The notes under the pieces: model-generated
Seen by the model: the letters and a program-made list of their open reading frames with translations, nothing else
What the model was told of the DNA's origin: nothing
The model's database searches: none
In this document: positions 59,640 through 62,024 of the stretch, in pieces
Position numbering within the stretch: position 1 is the first letter of the stretch
Layout of the letters: each line of letters starts with the position of its first letter
Assembly (NCBI GenBank): GCA_021814605.1
Contig: JAKAIB010000002.1
Location: 1-62,024, forward strand
Source: Pseudomonadota bacterium
GTDB taxonomy: Bacteria > Pseudomonadota > Gammaproteobacteria > Burkholderiales > Burkholderiaceae_C
Direction of reading: 5' to 3'
Length of the DNA stretch: 62,024 nucleotides
Program-made: the position numbers and the translations under genes

Positions 59640-62024
59640 TCAGCGCGGCGCCACCGCCTGCCAGCCGAGCGCGTGAAGGTCGGCGGGCAGCGCCCGGGCC
59701 AGCGCGGTTTCTTCCGCCGCGCGCGGCAGATCGCCAACGCCTGCCACCGGCCGCTCGGTCAGCACCTGGAGCACGTCGGCCAGCTTGCCCGCCGGCAGGC
59801 GGGGCAGCGTCTCCTCGCGCAAGTGTGCCAGCATCGCCTCGTCCCCGGCCTGCGCCGCGGCCGCCGCAAGCCGCAGGACCGTGCGTCCTGCCGCCTCGTC
59901 CAGCTTCCCGTCTGCCGGCACGGTCAGGCGAGCGTAGTCGGCCAGCGCCGCCTCAGCCGCGGGCCAATCGTTGGCCCCCTCCAGCAGGCTCGCCCGCGCA
60001 TCGGTCGCCGCCGGCGTGTCGAGGGCTGCCAGCGCGGCAACCGCCGGGGCGAGGCCCCCGCGCGCGGCGGTGGCGCGGGCGAACACGATGGTCCGCCGCT
60101 CCTGCAGCCCGGCGGGCAGATCGGTCGCGGCGGAGTCGGACAGGGCGGTGAGCGTGCCGGCGGGATCGCCGGCATCAAGACGCAGGGTCGCGAGCCGCGC
60201 CCCGATCTCTGCCCGCGCCGGGCCGGCCGGCGTGCCGTCCACTAGTTTCTGCAGCAGCTTCGCCGCGCGGTCGGGCAGATCGAGGGCCGCCAGCCGGTCG
60301 GCGACCCGTTCCGCCAACGCCGCCCCCGCCGCACCGGCGGGCAGCAGGTCGGGGTTGTCGTCGATCAGCGCGACGAAATCGAACGGCGAGAGCGGCGTGC
60401 GCCGGTCGGCCTCCAGAGCCGCGGCAAAATCCGCGCGCATGCGGGCACGCACGTCCGGCACCTGGTCGGGCCAGGCCTCGGCGGCCGGCCCGTCGGCCGT
60501 ATCGCGCAGCAACGCCAGTGCGCGGCGCCAGGCGCCGGTCGTCATCCGCAGTTCGGCGACGCGTAGCCGCAGCGCCAGTTCCCGCCCGTCACCCCGCCAT
60601 GCGTAGATCAACCGGTCGAGCGCGTCCGCCGCCTGCACCGTCGTGATCGCGCCCGTATGCAGCCGCAGTTCGACGGCCCGCACGGCGGCGCGGGCACGCA
60701 AGCTGCGGTCGGGCGACCGTGCCAACCGGTCGAGCGTCGCCAGCGCCGACGCGGTCCGCCCCTCCACCTCGTCGAGCAGAGCGCGGGGAAAGTCGAGCGA
60801 GGCGTCATCCTTGCGCGCGTCAAGCAGCCGCCGCGCCGCATCACGGGCATCGCCCAGCACCATGGTTTCGGCGGCGAGCGGCAGCAACCGCTCGCGCAGC
60901 GGCGCCGGATAGGCGAGCACCAGCGGCAGTGTCGTCGCCAGCACGCGCGCCGCTGCCGGCGCGCCCGGCCGCAGTTCGGTCTGCCGCACCGCGCGCCACA
61001 GCGCCACCTCGTCGCTGCCCGACAGCCGCGGGTCGTCGATCGCGGCTGACTGCTCCGGGCGTTGGGCAAGCAGGGCGGCGACGGCGGCAAGGCCGGCGGC
61101 GTCGGGAGCCTCGGCGGCACGGGCGTCCTCCGTGGCGGCAAGCTGCGCCAGCGCCGCCGCCTCGGCGTCCAGGCCAAGGGCCAGCAGCGCCTGGACCGCG
61201 ACCAGCCGCCGCGCCGCGCGCGCCTGCGGCGCGGCATTGGCGGCATCGTCCATCGCCGCCTGCAGCCGCCGCTGGAGTGCCGGGATCGGCAGCGCCGGAA
61301 AATCCCAGCGGCGGGTCAGCAGCGCCGCTTCGGCCGCGGCGCGCGTTCCGGCATCCGCGGGCGGGAGCGCCAGACCCCGCCCCTCCCCGCCCTCCAGCAC
61401 GAAGCCCGTGGGAGCAAGGCGCAGCACATCATTGTCCGAGATCGGTTCGACCGCGACACCCTGCAGCGTCGCCAGCAGCCGGAAGTCGGGCGAGCGCAGC
61501 GCCACCGGCACCCCCTCGCCCGGCTGCTGCTGCGTGCCGACCAGCAGCACCGCGCCGGTCGCCAGGTCAGGCACCGACACGATCTGCGCGGGGGAGGTCG
61601 CGGTGAGCAGCAGGCGCCCGGCTGCCGCGTCGGCACCGATCGCCGCAAGCGGGGCGGCGTCGGACTGCGGCAGTTCGGTCAGCGTCCAGCCGTCGATGTC
61701 GCGGGCGAGACGCAGCGTATCCTGCGCAGGCAACGGCAGATGCAGCACGGTTGCCGCCGGGAGCATCTGCACGGTCGCGTCCCCGAAACCCGGCTTGCCG
61801 TGCAGCGCCGCGAGATCGAGCGGGCGCGGTTCGTCGAACACCACCACGACTTCGCCGCCCCGGCGGAAGGCGGCGGCACCGGTGGCGGGGGCGAAGGGCA
61901 GCGCCAGCGTGCGGCCGGACAGCCCGGCCGCGATCGCCACCGGCCCGGCCGGCGCCGGCAGCGGCGCCTGCGCCACGGGGCGGAGCGGCGCGGGCTGAGG
62001 CGCGTCCGGCGCCGTGGCAATGGG
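59640..62024 (-). CDS. Large Ala/Leu-rich helical-repeat (TPR-like) exported protein, 5'-truncated by the window edge
   Basis: The frame is open from the window end to the stop at 59640. Beta-rich N-terminal part (GAAAFRRGGEVVVVFD) followed by helical repeats (LDRLIYAWRGD.RELALRLR). Confidence 0.65.
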   Translation of the reverse strand, partial: PIATAPDAPQPAPLRPVAQAPLPAPAGPVAIAAGLSGRTLALPFAPATGAAAFRRGGEVVVVFDEPRPLDLAALHGKPGFGDATVQMLPAATVLHLPLPAQDTLRLARDIDGWTLTELPQSDAAPLAAIGADAAAGRLLLTATSPAQIVSVPDLATGAVLLVGTQQQPGEGVPVALRSPDFRLLATLQGVAVEPISDNDVLRLAPTGFVLEGGEGRGLALPPADAGTRAAAEAALLTRRWDFPALPIPALQRRLQAAMDDAANAAPQARAARRLVAVQALLALGLDAEAAALAQLAATEDARAAEAPDAAGLAAVAALLAQRPEQSAAIDDPRLSGSDEVALWRAVRQTELRPGAPAAARVLATTLPLVLAYPAPLRERLLPLAAETMVLGDARDAARRLLDARKDDASLDFPRALLDEVEGRTASALATLDRLARSPDRSLRARAAVRAVELRLHTGAITTVQAADALDRLIYAWRGDGRELALRLRVAELRMTTGAWRRALALLRDTADGPAAEAWPDQVPDVRARMRADFAAALEADRRTPLSPFDFVALIDDNPDLLPAGAAGAALAERVADRLAALDLPDRAAKLLQKLVDGTPAGPARAEIGARLATLRLDAGDPAGTLTALSDSAATDLPAGLQERRTIVFARATAARGGLAPAVAALAALDTPAATDARASLLEGANDWPAAEAALADYARLTVPADGKLDEAAGRTVLRLAAAAAQAGDEAMLAHLREETLPRLPAGKLADVLQVLTERPVAGVGDLPRAAEETALARALPADLHALGWQAVAPR

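Overview
High-GC alphaproteobacterial DNA. The mfd-sdhE-recG synteny, speD-speE and a Hint_2 protein suggest an Acetobacteraceae/Rhodospirillales-like host, by inference. The left half (about 0.2-31 kb) is an accessory locus in which a Wzx/Wzy-type polysaccharide pathway is interleaved gene-by-gene with a stand-alone thiotemplated acyl/aminoacyl machinery and an atypical metY-metA pair. The polysaccharide genes are a priming phosphoglycosyltransferase, GT2, a WecG/TagA-type GT, wecB, wecC, a deacetylase, a methyltransferase, Wzx, a Wzy-like protein and Wzc. The thiotemplated genes are a SerRS-like amino acid:[carrier protein] ligase with its carrier protein, an acyl-CoA dehydrogenase, a second ACP with an ANL adenylation enzyme and a FabG-like SDR, a FATP-like acyl-CoA synthetase, a GNAT-like acyltransferase, an HSL-type hydrolase and a PLP decarboxylase. 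The best candidate for an undescribed system is carrier-protein-dependent aminoacyl/acyl decoration of a ManNAcA-containing surface polysaccharide, which would give a biological role to the enigmatic aa:CP ligases. The window starts with stacked IS3-like terminal repeats. The right half is mostly core genome: glmS, glmU, gph, a DODA-type dioxygenase, mccAB, a 2-hydroxyacid dehydrogenase, mfd, sdhE, recG, a GldAFG-like ABC system with DUF4340, a NUDIX hydrolase, a Gly-rich Hint protein, ABM and SIS proteins, hutH, an orphan coiled-coil protein, an ACP, speE, speD and a 5'-truncated large helical-repeat protein. No rRNA, tRNA or CRISPR array was seen. All product calls come from motif recognition by eye, with no database search.
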